From contig JBOGZE010000351.1 in the NCBI GenBank assembly GCA_050697055.1, positions 1 through 45,479 on the forward strand: a stretch of 45,479 nt of DNA, written 5' to 3'. A model generated the notes under the pieces. That model ran no database searches, was not told the DNA's origin, and worked only from the letters and a program-made list of their open reading frames with translations. Positions 45,228-45,479 of the stretch are shown here, in pieces; within the stretch, counting starts at the first letter, position 1, and every line of letters begins with the position of its first letter. The stretch is from Solirubrobacterales bacterium. Its GTDB lineage: Bacteria > Actinomycetota > Thermoleophilia > Solirubrobacterales > 70-9. The position numbers and the translations under genes are program-made.

Positions 45228-45479
45228 ATGTGCTTCAAGAACCTCCCGATCACATTCGACAAGGACGGGAATGCTCGCCTGAAGGAAGGCGTCGCCGACC
45301 CGTACTCCTACACGGTGACGGAGACCCCGCCCCTCGCCGACGACGAGGGGAGGCTGAAGCGGCTGCTGGCGCGCAACGGCCACATCCGCCAGGTCGACTT
45401 CGACCCGGTGACTCGGGTCGCCGGCGCGCTCGCCTTCCACAGCGTGGTTGACCTCGAGAACCGCAAGGTGCTGGAGACC
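45228..45479 (+). CDS. [NiFe]-hydrogenase large subunit, N-terminal 84 codons (continues beyond the window)
   Basis: ATG lies 4 nt after the small-subunit stop. DFDPVTRVAGALAFHSVVDLENRKVLET aligns with the canonical DP.TR.EGH...V....GKV N-terminal block. The frame is open to the window end. Confidence 0.75.
   Translation, partial: MCFKNLPITFDKDGNARLKEGVADPYSYTVTETPPLADDEGRLKRLLARNGHIRQVDFDPVTRVAGALAFHSVVDLENRKVLET

Overview
High-GC (about 70% by eye) actinobacterial-type chromosomal segment. Lineage is a guess (Thermoleophilia/Rubrobacteria-like) and is unverified. I support about 49 coding features. I see no rRNA, tRNA, CRISPR array, transposase or integrase.

Left third (1-16.8 kb): pgi 3' end, housekeeping enzymes, and a PspC/LiaF-like, PspC-kinase and LuxR envelope-stress module. 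A long minus-strand gene string follows: PAP2/haloperoxidase-like, DM13 lipoprotein, orphan family-5 solute-binding protein, an FtsH with a duplicated AAA+ cassette, and two CooC-type P-loop ATPases.

Middle (16.8-24.8 kb): surface and membrane proteins. These are an FG-GAP/RTX protein, a BNR protein, and a membrane protein built from a nested internal duplication.

Right half (24.8-45.5 kb): a hydrogen-oxidising, CO2-fixing supercluster.
- A minus-strand operon: DUF1059-like gene, four paralogous small membrane proteins, hypF, hypC, a SIS/HypC-like/SIS fusion, hypD, hypE.
- A plus-strand CBB operon: glpX, class I aldolase, cbbL, cbbS, cbbX, prk, tkt, and a Rex-like regulator.
- A convergent LysR (cbbR-like) gene, a CBS-pair gene, an orphan RbcS-like ORF, and a Tat-less [NiFe]-hydrogenase small subunit with the start of its large subunit.

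Most interesting:
- the four-paralogue membrane module on the hyp operon
- the SIS/HypC-like/SIS fusion
- the tandem-AAA FtsH with an asymmetric CooC pair
- the RbcS-like orphan
- Ala at the conserved Glu and His positions of the hydrogenase large-subunit R-x-E-G-H motif
- a Rex homologue inside the cbb operon
- two deletion-scarred gene relics (NmrA-like and gap)
- several repeat and dyad elements in AT-rich intergenic islands

All family assignments come from motif recognition by eye. No database search was run.
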